In this document: piece by piece, positions 53,880 to 63,491 of the stretch
Numbering within the stretch: the stretch's first letter is position 1
Layout: each line of letters starts with the position of its first letter
NCBI GenBank assembly: GCA_963749155.1
Contig: CAVVLO010000002.1
Location: 1,088,001-1,152,000, forward strand
Reading direction: 5' to 3'
DNA from: an uncultured Armatimonadia bacterium
GTDB lineage: Bacteria; Armatimonadota; Zipacnadia; CAVVLO01
Length of the DNA stretch: 64,000 nt
Notes under the pieces: model-generated
Told to the model about the DNA's origin: nothing
What the model saw: only the letters and a program-made list of their open reading frames with translations
The model's database searches: none
Made by a program: the position numbers and the translations under genes

Positions 53880-54643
53880 CAGGCACTCTTCTTCTTTTTA
53901 CGGGCGACGAGGCGCCAGCCTGTAGTCTCCTCGGAGAAACGCTGGGCAAACCGTTTGCGGAAGCCCCCCCAAGACAGGAACAGTCTGGGCCAGAGGGCAC
54001 TGAGGAGGCTAATCAGCCCATTGCCAGGCAGGTCGGCGGTGATAGTAACTGGTGCTGAAACAAGCTCAAGTCCTGCCTCGTCAAGCAGCTTCCTCACCTG
54101 GACAAGAGAATACTCACGTTTGTGATCCGGATCCTGATAAGCAAATAGCCCAAGCCTGCGCCGAGCAAGTTTCCAGTGAGTGTCGCGGTTCGGGAAGGTG
54201 ATAAAGAGCAGTCCCTCTGGTTTCAAGGCTCTGACCGCCTCAGCCAGCGCGAATCGATCATCCTTGAGATGTTCGATTGAGTCAAGCAGCAAGACCAGAT
54301 CATAGGTTTCGGCTGGCACTGGCCAAGGTTCTTCGGCATTGGCAACCTGGATTGTCAGGAAGTCCGCAAGCCCGGAAATCTTGGCAGCCCGGATAGTCTC
54401 TATCAGGCCCTGCGGATTATGATCAATAGCGACAACCCGAACTCCCCTGGTGGCAAGCGCCAGGCTGTGCACCCCCGATCCGGCGCCGATGTCGAGAGCA
54501 GACTGCCCGGATTTTACCCAGGGTAAAATCCATAAGTGGTCCAGGCTTGAAAACAAGTGCTTGGGATGCAGCGGTCTGTCGCTGAAGCCAGCGAGCTGGG
54601 TGAGGCGCAAAGTTGGTTTGGCCAGCGCGCCTTCAAGACTCAT
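53879..54643 (-). CDS. Class I SAM-dependent methyltransferase
   Basis: ALDIGAGSG, YDLVLLLDSIEHL, ALKPEG, DPDHKREY; ATG at 54643 within a TGATG junction. Confidence 0.8.
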   Translation of the reverse strand: MSLEGALAKPTLRLTQLAGFSDRPLHPKHLFSSLDHLWILPWVKSGQSALDIGAGSGVHSLALATRGVRVVAIDHNPQGLIETIRAAKISGLADFLTIQVANAEEPWPVPAETYDLVLLLDSIEHLKDDRFALAEAVRALKPEGLLFITFPNRDTHWKLARRRLGLFAYQDPDHKREYSLVQVRKLLDEAGLELVSAPVTITADLPGNGLISLLSALWPRLFLSWGGFRKRFAQRFSEETTGWRLVARKKKKSA

Positions 54644-55508
54644 CACGGCTTCCACAAGCCAGCGGCGCGCCCCAAGCAACCTGCCGCCTGCTCTGGCAAG
54701 ACGTCTCTTGATAGCATACTTCCGCCATTCAGCCTGGCCTGTTCGATTGCAGTAATGGTAATCAAAAACTGCACCAGGCAGTGCATCGGCAGCCAGGACC
54801 CAGACCCGGTGGCGTAAAGCTGACGGCATCACTTTTTCAAGAGAATGAGCCCCGCGCAGATAACGGTCGAAAATCTCAACAGGCAATTCCAGATGGCTAT
54901 GCCTGGACGATGGCAGCAGGCTGCTGGACGGCTTTCCAGCCACGCGCGAGGAGTTGCTGTAGCCAGAGGAAATCTTCGCCCCCGCCGGCAGCTTCTTCAA
55001 AGGGGAGTTGCTGCCAGACGCTACGACGTATAGCGGCGTTGTCATTTCCAAAATAACCAGATTTGCGTGGAGGAATCGCCGAGGGGATTGCACCTGGTTG
55101 GCACTTGCCTGCCGCGCGCTTGTCGAAAGGATCGGCGTCCTCCCAGGGGACGTAAGCGCCACCAACTGCAGCGACTTGCTTATCAGTAAAGGGCTCAAGC
55201 AGGTTCTCCAGCCAGTAGTTGTCCACAGGGACGGCGTGGCCGGAGAGATTCACCAGAAACTGGCCTTTGGCCAGGCTGGCCCCGATGTTGAGAGCGCGCC
55301 CAAAAGTGAAGGCAGAGTGCGGCAGATGGACAATCCGGACTGGCCAGCGGCGAGCAATATCAAGGGTAGTGTCAGTAGAGCCAGAATCTACAAGGATCAC
55401 TTCGAAGGAGTTCTCCGACTGATTGAACAGCGCCTCGAGCACGAGAGGCAGACGCGCCTCTTCGTTGCGAGTGCGAATAATAATAGAAGCCCTGGGTACT
55501 GCTGCCAT
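54643..55508 (-). CDS. Glycosyltransferase family 2, rhamnosyltransferase-like (apparent +1 frameshift near 54900 and probably a second one before 54645)
   Basis: SIIIRTRNE, VDSGSTD, FTFGRALN, NAAIRRSVW, ED; HSH motif continues in the next frame. Confidence 0.75.
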
Positions 55509-55606
55509 AGACTGTTCCTCGCTAGAGTGAACTAATCGTAAGAGGGAAGCGGTTTCGTGTCAAATAGAGACGCCTTTACCATAAGGCTGGCAAAGGGCAC
55601 TTCACC

Positions 55607-55635
55607 TTGACGCGACAAGGGGTCATGGCTATAAT
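55607..55635 (+). promoter_or_regulatory. Sigma70-type promoter of secDF
   Basis: TTGACG (55607-55612), 17 bp spacer, TATAAT (55630-55635). Confidence 0.75.
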
Positions 55636-55723
55636 CTGGTGGCCAAATAGCGCGACCGCGGCTTCGGGCTTCCGGAGCCGTTCGTTTTGTGTCGGCGCAT
55701 CAAGTAATAGGGGGAGCCAGCTT

Positions 55724-57643
55724 ATGGCGACCAAGACGCGCACCTGGACCATAATGGTCCTCGTCGTGATCGTATTGTCCTTATGGACTTTGTTCCAGCC
55801 AATCCGATGGGAGGGTGGCAAGGAGGCAATCTCCAACAGGCTCGAGTTCAAGACCGAGCAGCCACTCATAACGGATGAGTCAGCCGCGGGTCGCGAAACC
55901 CAGCAGGTAGAGCTTGCCAAGCAACTCACCGACCAGATCGGCAAGGCGAATATCATCATAGACCCCAAGGGCGTCGAAGTAGTGCCTCCGGACATTATCC
56001 GGGTGCCAACACTATCTACGACCCGCGAGCAGTTCAAGGCTGAGCATGATTCCATATATGCCGAACTGTCCAAGACCTATGCCAACCTGAAGGACCTCTC
56101 CTACAAGTATGAATCCAAAGAGGGGACGGTTGTCGCGAAGATTGGACCTCTGGCTATCTACAAGCCGAAGCTGCACGTGCGGCTTGGGCTGGACCTGCAG
56201 GGTGGTTCTCACGTATTGCTGCAGTGCATGCCCAAAGCAGAGTTCCAGATCCGCTCCAAGACGCCGATGGCTGAAGATGCTGAAGCCAAGAACACCCTGC
56301 GCGAGACAATCTTGCGCGCCCTCGAGATGAGTGGGGTCAAGGATGTCAAGGTCGAGGTGCCAGATTCTGACTTGCTGATCGTCAGTTCACAGCCCAAGAC
56401 CGAAGAGGACGCCCAGAGAGAGGAAGATCTGCTCAAGGCTACCTTCGAGACCAGGCTAGGCCAGGGAAACTTCGAGCTCGAGAAGCAGGTAGTAGTCCTT
56501 AATCCTGAGACTCTAAATATCGTGCGCAACATTATCGAGCAGCGCGTGAACAGCCTGGGACTTACCGAGCCTATCGTGCAGACGCAGGGAGTCGACCGGA
56601 TCATCGTTGAGATGCCTGGTATCGATAATCCTGACGAAGCCATCGCGCTTATCGGCAAGACGGCTTCACTGGAGTTCAGGGCTATACCCCTTGAATATAC
56701 TGCGTATCCTGACGAGCAGGGTGTTGTCACTTTCGAGCGTAATGGCGAGACCGTAGACAATGACACTGTCATCTCCCAGAGCAAGGTCATCATCACTGGC
56801 GCCGACCTGAAGAACACCAACCAGGTCGTTACAGGCCAGATGAGTCAGCCGGTTGTAAAGTTCGAGATCAAGGCCGAGAAATCTGGTGTATTCTCGAGCT
56901 TCACACAGAAAGCCGCTCGTGATGAGCAACTCCTGGCAATCGTCTTTGACGGGAAGGTTGTAAGCGCGCCCGTCGTAAAGGCTCAGATCGTCGGTAGCGG
57001 TGTCATCGAGGGAATGGAAAGCCTGACTGAAGCGCGCGACCTGGCGATGCTGCTGAACGCTGGCGCGCTGCCGGTGCCGGTTGAAGTCGCCGAGGTGCGC
57101 AGTGTAAGCGCAACGCTGGGCGCCGACTCGATCGCGGCCAGCCTGAAAGCGGGTCTCCTCGGGCTACTGCTGGTTGCTGTTTTCATGATGTTCTACTATC
57201 GGCTGCCTGGCATCATGGCGGTGCTGGCGCTTTCCATCTATTTGATTCTCAGCCTGGCGGTACTCGTAGCGCTGGGCGCGACGCTGACCCTGCCTGGTAT
57301 CGCTGGTTTCATTATGACGATAGGTATGGCCGTGGATGCGAACGTGCTTATATTCGAGCGACTTAAAGAAGAGCTACGCACGGACAAGAGCATCAGGATG
57401 GCGATCGAGGCAGCCTTCCACCGTGCGTGGACAGCAATCCTCGATGGGCATGTGACCACCTTCCTGGTTGGTCTGGTGTTGTATTCGCTGGCCACCGGCA
57501 CGGTAAAAGGTTTCGCTGTTACCTTGCTGGTAGGTATCGTCTGCAACCTGTTCAGCGCGATGATTGTGACCAAGTTGCTAATGAACCAGGCAATGAAGCT
57601 CCCGGCCGGCAAGAGCAAGGCCGCGTATGGTGTGACCGACTAA
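55724..57643 (+). CDS. secD: Protein translocase subunit SecD
   Basis: LGLDLQGG, RVNSLGLTEP, LNAGALPV, GMAVDANVLIFER, GTVKGFA; GGGGAG RBS. Confidence 0.95.
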   Translation: MATKTRTWTIMVLVVIVLSLWTLFQPIRWEGGKEAISNRLEFKTEQPLITDESAAGRETQQVELAKQLTDQIGKANIIIDPKGVEVVPPDIIRVPTLSTTREQFKAEHDSIYAELSKTYANLKDLSYKYESKEGTVVAKIGPLAIYKPKLHVRLGLDLQGGSHVLLQCMPKAEFQIRSKTPMAEDAEAKNTLRETILRALEMSGVKDVKVEVPDSDLLIVSSQPKTEEDAQREEDLLKATFETRLGQGNFELEKQVVVLNPETLNIVRNIIEQRVNSLGLTEPIVQTQGVDRIIVEMPGIDNPDEAIALIGKTASLEFRAIPLEYTAYPDEQGVVTFERNGETVDNDTVISQSKVIITGADLKNTNQVVTGQMSQPVVKFEIKAEKSGVFSSFTQKAARDEQLLAIVFDGKVVSAPVVKAQIVGSGVIEGMESLTEARDLAMLLNAGALPVPVEVAEVRSVSATLGADSIAASLKAGLLGLLLVAVFMMFYYRLPGIMAVLALSIYLILSLAVLVALGATLTLPGIAGFIMTIGMAVDANVLIFERLKEELRTDKSIRMAIEAAFHRAWTAILDGHVTTFLVGLVLYSLATGTVKGFAVTLLVGIVCNLFSAMIVTKLLMNQAMKLPAGKSKAAYGVTD

Positions 57644-57656
57644 GGAGGGCACGACG

Positions 57657-58865
57657 TTGGATCTCTTCAGATACAAGCAGTGGAATATCGTCGGCAAACG
57701 AGGCCTGTTCTACCTGCTGTCGGTCCTTGTAACCGTGGTGGCGCTTGTCCTGGTATTTTCACATGGACTCCAGATATCGAAAGCGTTCAACCTGGGCATC
57801 GACTTTACGGGAGGCAGCCAGTATGTGGTGGGCTTCCCCCAGCAGATAGCAACAAATCGCGACGGGCAGATTCAAGTGATTAGCGAAGCCAGGCAGGCAC
57901 TGGAAGCGGCAGGCATCAAGTCGCTGGACGTACAGGTGCTTGGGAGTGATGCGCTGCAGATTCGCACGGACGGGCTGACTAACGAGGCAAAGCAGCAACA
58001 GGAAGACCAGTTGCTGACGCAGCTTTCAAGCTCTATGGGCAGCAAATATGGGCAGCCTTCCATCATCCAGAGCGAGCTTGTAGGGCCAGTCATCGGTAGC
58101 GAGCTGGCTAGAAAAGCTGTCTGGGCTCTGCTGATTGGTTTTGCGCTTCAGCTTGCCTATATTGGTATCCGGTATACGATGCCCGGCTCTAATGGATTGC
58201 GGTTCGGTCTGACAGCGGTTGTGGCGCTCATCCATGACGTGTTTCTGCTGCTCGGACTGGTAATCGTGCTGAAAATCCAGATCAACTCCTGGTTTGTGGC
58301 GTCACTGCTGACAGTGGTTGGTTACTCAATCAACGACAGCGTAATTATCTTCGACCGCATCCGCGAAAACCTGAAGAACAAGCGCCGCGAACCGTTTGAC
58401 CGGGTAGTAAACGCCAGCCTTCTGCAGACAATGGCGCGTTCGGTGAACACTGTGATGACAACCGAATTCGCGTTAGTGGCAATCTGGCTCTTCGGTGGAG
58501 AGTCACTGCAGCCCTTCGCGCTGACCCTGGCAGTCGGTATGTTGACTGGAACCTATTCGTCCATCTTCATCGCGAGCCCGCTGGTTGTTAGCTGGCGCCT
58601 CAAGGATGAAAAGAAACTGAACTTGCGCACACCAGATGGCAGGCCTATCTGTGTGTCGCTTGCAGCAAGTGAGGGTAAAGTGGTCGAGTCCTCGATGACC
58701 CTTGAATATGCGCCAGAGGAAGTTGTGGTTGCCTCGGAGGAAGAGGAGCAGGGAGAAGAGACCGCTGCCACTTCCAAGGTTCAGCCCGGCGCAGTAGCCA
58801 AAGAGCAGGCAGAGAAGAAAGACCTGACCGGGGCTCGCAAGCCAAAACGCGCGCGCCGTCGCTAG
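57657..58865 (+). CDS. secF: Protein translocase subunit SecF
   Basis: LGIDFTGG, VGPVIG, ALIHD, GYSINDSVIIFDRIREN, GTYSSIFIASP. Confidence 0.95.
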   Translation: MDLFRYKQWNIVGKRGLFYLLSVLVTVVALVLVFSHGLQISKAFNLGIDFTGGSQYVVGFPQQIATNRDGQIQVISEARQALEAAGIKSLDVQVLGSDALQIRTDGLTNEAKQQQEDQLLTQLSSSMGSKYGQPSIIQSELVGPVIGSELARKAVWALLIGFALQLAYIGIRYTMPGSNGLRFGLTAVVALIHDVFLLLGLVIVLKIQINSWFVASLLTVVGYSINDSVIIFDRIRENLKNKRREPFDRVVNASLLQTMARSVNTVMTTEFALVAIWLFGGESLQPFALTLAVGMLTGTYSSIFIASPLVVSWRLKDEKKLNLRTPDGRPICVSLAASEGKVVESSMTLEYAPEEVVVASEEEEQGEETAATSKVQPGAVAKEQAEKKDLTGARKPKRARRR

Positions 58866-58888
58866 TCTGATTTGCAACACCAAAAACG

Positions 58889-58923
58889 AGCCGGGCGTCC
58901 AATTGGACGTCCGGCTTTTATTT
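58889..58923. terminator. Terminator between convergent secF and response regulator
   Basis: AGCCGGGCGTCC-aatt-GGACGTCCGGCT stem followed by TTTATTT. Confidence 0.72.
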
Positions 58924-58952
58924 GGTCCTCAGAATAAAAAGGAATCAGGGCT

Positions 58953-59354
58953 TCAGCAATAGGAGCTTGTTGATGAAGGTTGTTCTGTAAGAGTCTGGAT
59001 GGCTTTGAGCAGTTCGGCCAAAGAATATGGCTTAAGCATATACAGATCAGCGCCAGCGTCCCTGGCGCGCTGCATATCATCTTCGGTGCCTTTGACGGTA
59101 AGCATCATAACCTTCGTTGCGGGTAAATTGGCTTTAAGCTCCTGGCAAAGGGTGACGCCGTCCATTTCGGGCATCATAACGTCGAGAATAGCCACATCAG
59201 GATGCTCGAGCTCGGCCAGGTCATAGGCCTCTTTCCCATCTCGAGCAAGCAACACATCATATCCCGCCCTGGTAAGATTGAGCTTCATAAGCCAGCGAAC
59301 TTTGTCATCATCGTCCGCGACCAGCACTCTGGGACAGCCCGGCTCGTTGCTCAT
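58953..59354 (-). CDS. Stand-alone response regulator receiver protein
   Basis: VLVADDD, ILDVMMPEMDG, MLT, GADLYMLKPY; no output domain. Confidence 0.9.
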   Translation of the reverse strand: MSNEPGCPRVLVADDDDKVRWLMKLNLTRAGYDVLLARDGKEAYDLAELEHPDVAILDVMMPEMDGVTLCQELKANLPATKVMMLTVKGTEDDMQRARDAGADLYMLKPYSLAELLKAIQTLTEQPSSTSSYC

Positions 59355-59468
59355 CTTGCACCTCCCCGCGGAGTAGAATCCTCCACCTAGATAAATGGTA
59401 TCATTAAATTCCGAAATAAAGCCCCAATAATTCCAGAGCGTTGTTATCTACACGTAAGACAAGAATAT

Positions 59469-60506
59469 CTAATCGACTGCTTTTAGAACCAATTCGGCAA
59501 GTTCTCGTGCCGGCAGTTCTGGGCCGACATAATCGGCCAGTGCCAGTTCGATACGGGCGGTCACTTCGACGATGTCGGCGCGCAAGCCTTTGAGTGAGGC
59601 TTCAAGTCGATTCACTTGTTCCTCTGTAAGGAGGAAATCACCGGTGAAAACCACCTGATCTAGGATACCGCCGGACTTGCTTGCGTAAACACGAACTAAT
59701 CCACCTGGTAGCTTCGACTCGGACTGTCCCAAAGCCTTCTTCGGATGGCGCTGTTCGAAAACCCATTCCTGCGTGCCATATCGTGAATCAACCAAACCCT
59801 GGATAGCTTCACGTTCCCAGTCGCCGAAGCTAGTCTCTATCGGCGCCAAATCAAGGCCCTGGGCAAGCGCCGGGACTATCAGATCAGCCACTTCATCAAC
59901 AGTCAGCGCTTCTCCAACAACCTCGCGCAGGGTCGTGACGCGCTGAGAGGCGGATTCGAGCTGGCGACCTTCCAACTTGGCAAGAGGGATGTTGAGCACC
60001 TGGAGCATCAAATCCAGATCCAGGTCTACCAGAACGCTTGCATGAAAAAGGAAAACTCCCTCGTCATGGCTAGAGGAAGCAAGTCCCGCGATTTTCCTGC
60101 CCTCGACTTCCAGGTCATTTTTGGGACGAAAATGAGCTTCGATGCCAGCCTCGCGCAGGCCCGTCGCCAGTGCTTCCGCAAAACGCACGAAAAGCTGCCA
60201 GGCGGCGGCGGGAGAAGGCTCACACGGGACGGCAAGGGCGATACCAAGTTGGTCAGGGGTCATCAGGATAGCGCCCCCGCCGGTGGCGCGCCGATTCACA
60301 GCAACGCCAAGGCGCTCACAGACTTCCAGGTTGGCTTCTGCATAAGCATCCTGGAAATACCCCAGGATGACAGAAGGCTGAAAACTGTAAAGGTGGAGGC
60401 TCGGTGGGATGCGCCCCTCACTGAGCGCCCGGCTAAGATGCTCGTCAACTGCCAGCCCCCAAGGAGCGGGGGTCTCCCGCTCCCGGAGGACCCTTAGGAC
60501 ACCCAT
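59469..60506 (-). CDS. Lipoate--protein ligase family protein (catalytic domain plus C-terminal accessory domain)
   Basis: LAVDE, LGYFQ, RRATGGGAI, RPKNDLEVEGRKIAG, FHASVL; C-terminal FTGDF..LEASLKG. Confidence 0.88.
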   Translation of the reverse strand: MGVLRVLRERETPAPWGLAVDEHLSRALSEGRIPPSLHLYSFQPSVILGYFQDAYAEANLEVCERLGVAVNRRATGGGAILMTPDQLGIALAVPCEPSPAAAWQLFVRFAEALATGLREAGIEAHFRPKNDLEVEGRKIAGLASSSHDEGVFLFHASVLVDLDLDLMLQVLNIPLAKLEGRQLESASQRVTTLREVVGEALTVDEVADLIVPALAQGLDLAPIETSFGDWEREAIQGLVDSRYGTQEWVFEQRHPKKALGQSESKLPGGLVRVYASKSGGILDQVVFTGDFLLTEEQVNRLEASLKGLRADIVEVTARIELALADYVGPELPARELAELVLKAVD

Positions 60507-61613
60507 CTAGACCAGCCTTTGGAGGATTAGTGGTAGATCCTGGACAGTAATCTCGGACTCAATCGATTTGGCGCCATCGCGGAGGGTGACCATGCACTGG
60601 CCGCAGGAGGTAACGATGAGTTCAGCCCCTGCATCATCGGCTTCCTTGATGCGGTCCGCAGCGATTTTTTGAGCCAGATCGGGATTGCTCGCAGCAAGTG
60701 GGCCACCACAGCAAGCGGCGTCTTCCCGGTTGCGAGGGAACTCTATCAGGTTGATGCCGGGGATAGCCTTCAGTATCTCCCGCGGGGCGTCATATATACC
60801 CATATGCCGCCCGAGATCGCAGCCGTCGTGATAGGCGACGACCTTGTCCAGCGACTTGCTGAAGGTCAGTGTGCCATCGGCGACAAGCTGAGCGAGCAGC
60901 TCGGTTACATGCACGAACTCAAACTCGTCGGTAGGATAATGATGGCGGAAAGCACCCACACAGCCAGGGCAAGTCGAGAAGACTCGCTTGACTCCCAGCT
61001 CTCGCCACTTGGCGATATTAGCCTCACGTAGCGCTTCGAAACCTTTACGGTCGCCAGCACGCCACAAGGGGTCTCCACAGCAGGTCTCTTCACTACCGGC
61101 CGCAGTGTAGTCAAAGCCAATCTTGTCAAGAATGCGGAAGAGCGACTTGGCAATCTTGTTGGAGCTATAGGACACATTGCAACCTGCGAAATAGAGGTTC
61201 TCGCTGGGCTTGCCCACCATATCGGCATCCAGCCAGGAGCCTCGCTCGTCGCGCGGCTGGCCGAAAGGATTGCCTTCTTCGTTGATACCCTTGCGAACTG
61301 CTTGCAGGCCTTCAGGCAACTCGGCGCCACTCTCGACCAGCTCTGCCCGAGCATTAGCAAGCACATCGGCGGTTTCGACTAGTGCTGGACAATGAGAGGT
61401 GCAGGCTCCACAGAAGGTGCAAGCAAAGATAGCATCGACGGCTTCCTGGGGCTCTATCTCGCCTTCTTGCAGAGCTTTGGCAAGCCGGATCTTTCCGCGC
61501 GCCACCTGGGACTCGCGACCAATCTGCTTGTATACGGGGCAGACAGCCTGACATTTGCTGCATTTCATACAGCGTACGATTTGTTCTTCAGATATGACCT
61601 TGTCCGTCATCAT
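60507..61613 (-). CDS. (Fe-S)-binding CCG-domain protein, GlcF/HdrD-like
   Basis: CMKCSKCQAVCP and CTFCGACTSHCP ferredoxin motifs; YFAGC, ETCCG, YHDGCDLGR, CCGG, TSCGQC. Confidence 0.88.
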   Translation of the reverse strand: MMTDKVISEEQIVRCMKCSKCQAVCPVYKQIGRESQVARGKIRLAKALQEGEIEPQEAVDAIFACTFCGACTSHCPALVETADVLANARAELVESGAELPEGLQAVRKGINEEGNPFGQPRDERGSWLDADMVGKPSENLYFAGCNVSYSSNKIAKSLFRILDKIGFDYTAAGSEETCCGDPLWRAGDRKGFEALREANIAKWRELGVKRVFSTCPGCVGAFRHHYPTDEFEFVHVTELLAQLVADGTLTFSKSLDKVVAYHDGCDLGRHMGIYDAPREILKAIPGINLIEFPRNREDAACCGGPLAASNPDLAQKIAADRIKEADDAGAELIVTSCGQCMVTLRDGAKSIESEITVQDLPLILQRLV

Positions 61614-61636
61614 TCCACCTCAGCGGGCCGGTACAA

Positions 61637-63011
61637 CTAATCTATAAGTTTGCCCGGATTCATAATGCCCTTGGGATCAAGAGCCTGCCGGACACGCTTG
61701 AACGTAGCCAGAGTCGCGGGCGAGAACTCCATAGGCAGGTATTTCTTTTTCATAACGCCGATGCCGTGTTCACCACTGATGGTGCCCTCGAGTTTCATTG
61801 CGGCTTCGAACAACTCATCAATGGCAGCCTCGACTCGGGAGAACTCTTCCTTGTCCCGGACATCAGTAAGGAAGGTTGGGTGCAAGTTGCCATCGCCTGC
61901 GTGGCCAAAAGTACCAACCTGGACGTTATACTTTTTCGCGATCTCATCTACGGCGCGCAGCATGGCAGGGATGCGGCTGCGCCGTACAGTGGCATCCTCG
62001 AGCACGACCGTCGGACGCAGATTCGCGAGAGCGGAAAGAGCAGTGCGTCGACCGGACCAGAGCGCATCACGTTCGGCAGCGGTCTCGGCCTTACGGACCT
62101 CGCGGGCACCCGAGTTTTTGCAGACACCAATGATCTCGGCGGCTTCCTGGATAGCGGCTTCCTTCACCCCATCGGCTTCGATAAGCAAGACGGCGCCAGC
62201 ATCGGTAGGGAGGCCACAGGACTTAAAGTTCTCAATCGCATTTATTGTGGCGTTATCGAGGAGCTCCAGCGTGCAGGGGATGATGCCAGCCTTGATAATG
62301 GCAGCAACAGCCATCCCGGCAGCTTCGGCTGTCTCGAAGACGGCGAGCATGGACTCGGTATGCTTGGGCAGCGGGCAGTAGGTTGAGGCTGGCTTCTGTG
62401 ATGATGCCCAGAGTACCCTCAGAACCAACCATCAGTTGCTGCAGGTTGTAACCGGAGACACTCTTAACAGCCTTGGAGCCACAGCGAATTATCTCGCCTG
62501 TAGGCACGACAACCTCAAGTTCGAGTACATAGTCGTGCGTAACGCCATACTTCAGGCCGCGCAAGCCACCAGCATCCTCGGCGATGTTACCGGCGATGGT
62601 AGAGGTCGCATTGCTTGAAGGGTCAGGCGGATACATCAGACCGAAGGGCTTGACCGCATTGTCAACATCGATAGTGATCGCGCCTGACTCGCAGACCAGA
62701 TAGAGATCGTCAGTGTTGACCTCTTTGATGCGGTTCAAGTCGGTGATGACCATCACCAGGCCACCCTCGGTGGGCACACTGCCGCCCGAAAGGCCACTGC
62801 CGGCGCCACGAGGCGTCACTGGGATGAGTTCCCGGTTGGCGAACTGCATCACCTGACTGATTTCCTCGACTGAATGCGGATAAAGGACCGCTTCAGGCAA
62901 GTGCTCAACTATAGTCGCATCGTACCCATAACAGAGCAGGTCAGCTTTACCCGTGAGGACATTATCGGGCCCAACTATCGACCTGAGCTCTGCAATCTGC
63001 TGCTCAGTCAT
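61637..63011 (-). CDS. glcD: FAD-linked oxidase, GlcD/LctD-like glycolate or D-lactate dehydrogenase subunit (apparent +1 frameshift near 62380)
   Basis: PRGAGSGLSGG, YPPDPSS, GLKYGVT, GSEGTLGIIT, EDATV, GHAGDGNLHP, GTISGEHGIG, DPKGIMNPGK. Confidence 0.85.
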
Positions 63012-63037
63012 CCAGGTTCACTCCAGATTGGGGGCGG

Positions 63038-63478
63038 TTAGCCCTGCTTTTCTTTCTCGGCCTTGGCGATCTCGGCCTCAATCCATTCTGTAACAGCGTC
63101 CTCGCCGTGGAAGAGCTCTTCAAGTTCGGCTTCAAGGTCGCTGGGATCAATCTTCATAATCCAGCCTTCCCCATAAGGGTCGCTGTTGATAAGTGTCGCG
63201 TCGTCCTCGAGTTCTTCGTTGACCTCGACAACTTCGCCACTGATGGGCGAGAAAAGTTTCCCAATCCACTTGCTGGATTGAAGTTTGCCGCAGACTTCAT
63301 TCTGAGCAACTTCGTCGCCATCGAAAGGCAGGTCGATATAGACGATATCGCCGCCCTCTTTGGCGTAGAACTCGCTCATACCAACGAGCACTTTGCCATC
63401 ATCCAATACCTTGGCCCAGCTATGCTCCTCGTGGAAAAACATCTCATCGGGCATCTCATAACCTTTAATCTTGGCCAA
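63038..63478 (-). CDS. gcvH: Glycine cleavage H protein / lipoate-binding protein (GcvH/LbpA-like)
   Basis: EHSWA, GDIVYIDLP, lipoyl-Lys motif QSSKWIG, SPISGEVVEVN, INSDPYGEGW; TTG start with AGGGG RBS. Confidence 0.85.
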   Translation of the reverse strand: MAKIKGYEMPDEMFFHEEHSWAKVLDDGKVLVGMSEFYAKEGGDIVYIDLPFDGDEVAQNEVCGKLQSSKWIGKLFSPISGEVVEVNEELEDDATLINSDPYGEGWIMKIDPSDLEAELEELFHGEDAVTEWIEAEIAKAEKEKQG

Positions 63479-63491
63479 CCTGGTTTCCCCC

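Noticed and set aside
53879..55198. Apparent GT2-methyltransferase fusion in the 439-aa ORF
   Set aside because: A TGATG stop/start junction at 54645-54641 is in the frame expected after a second +1 error, so two coupled genes are more likely
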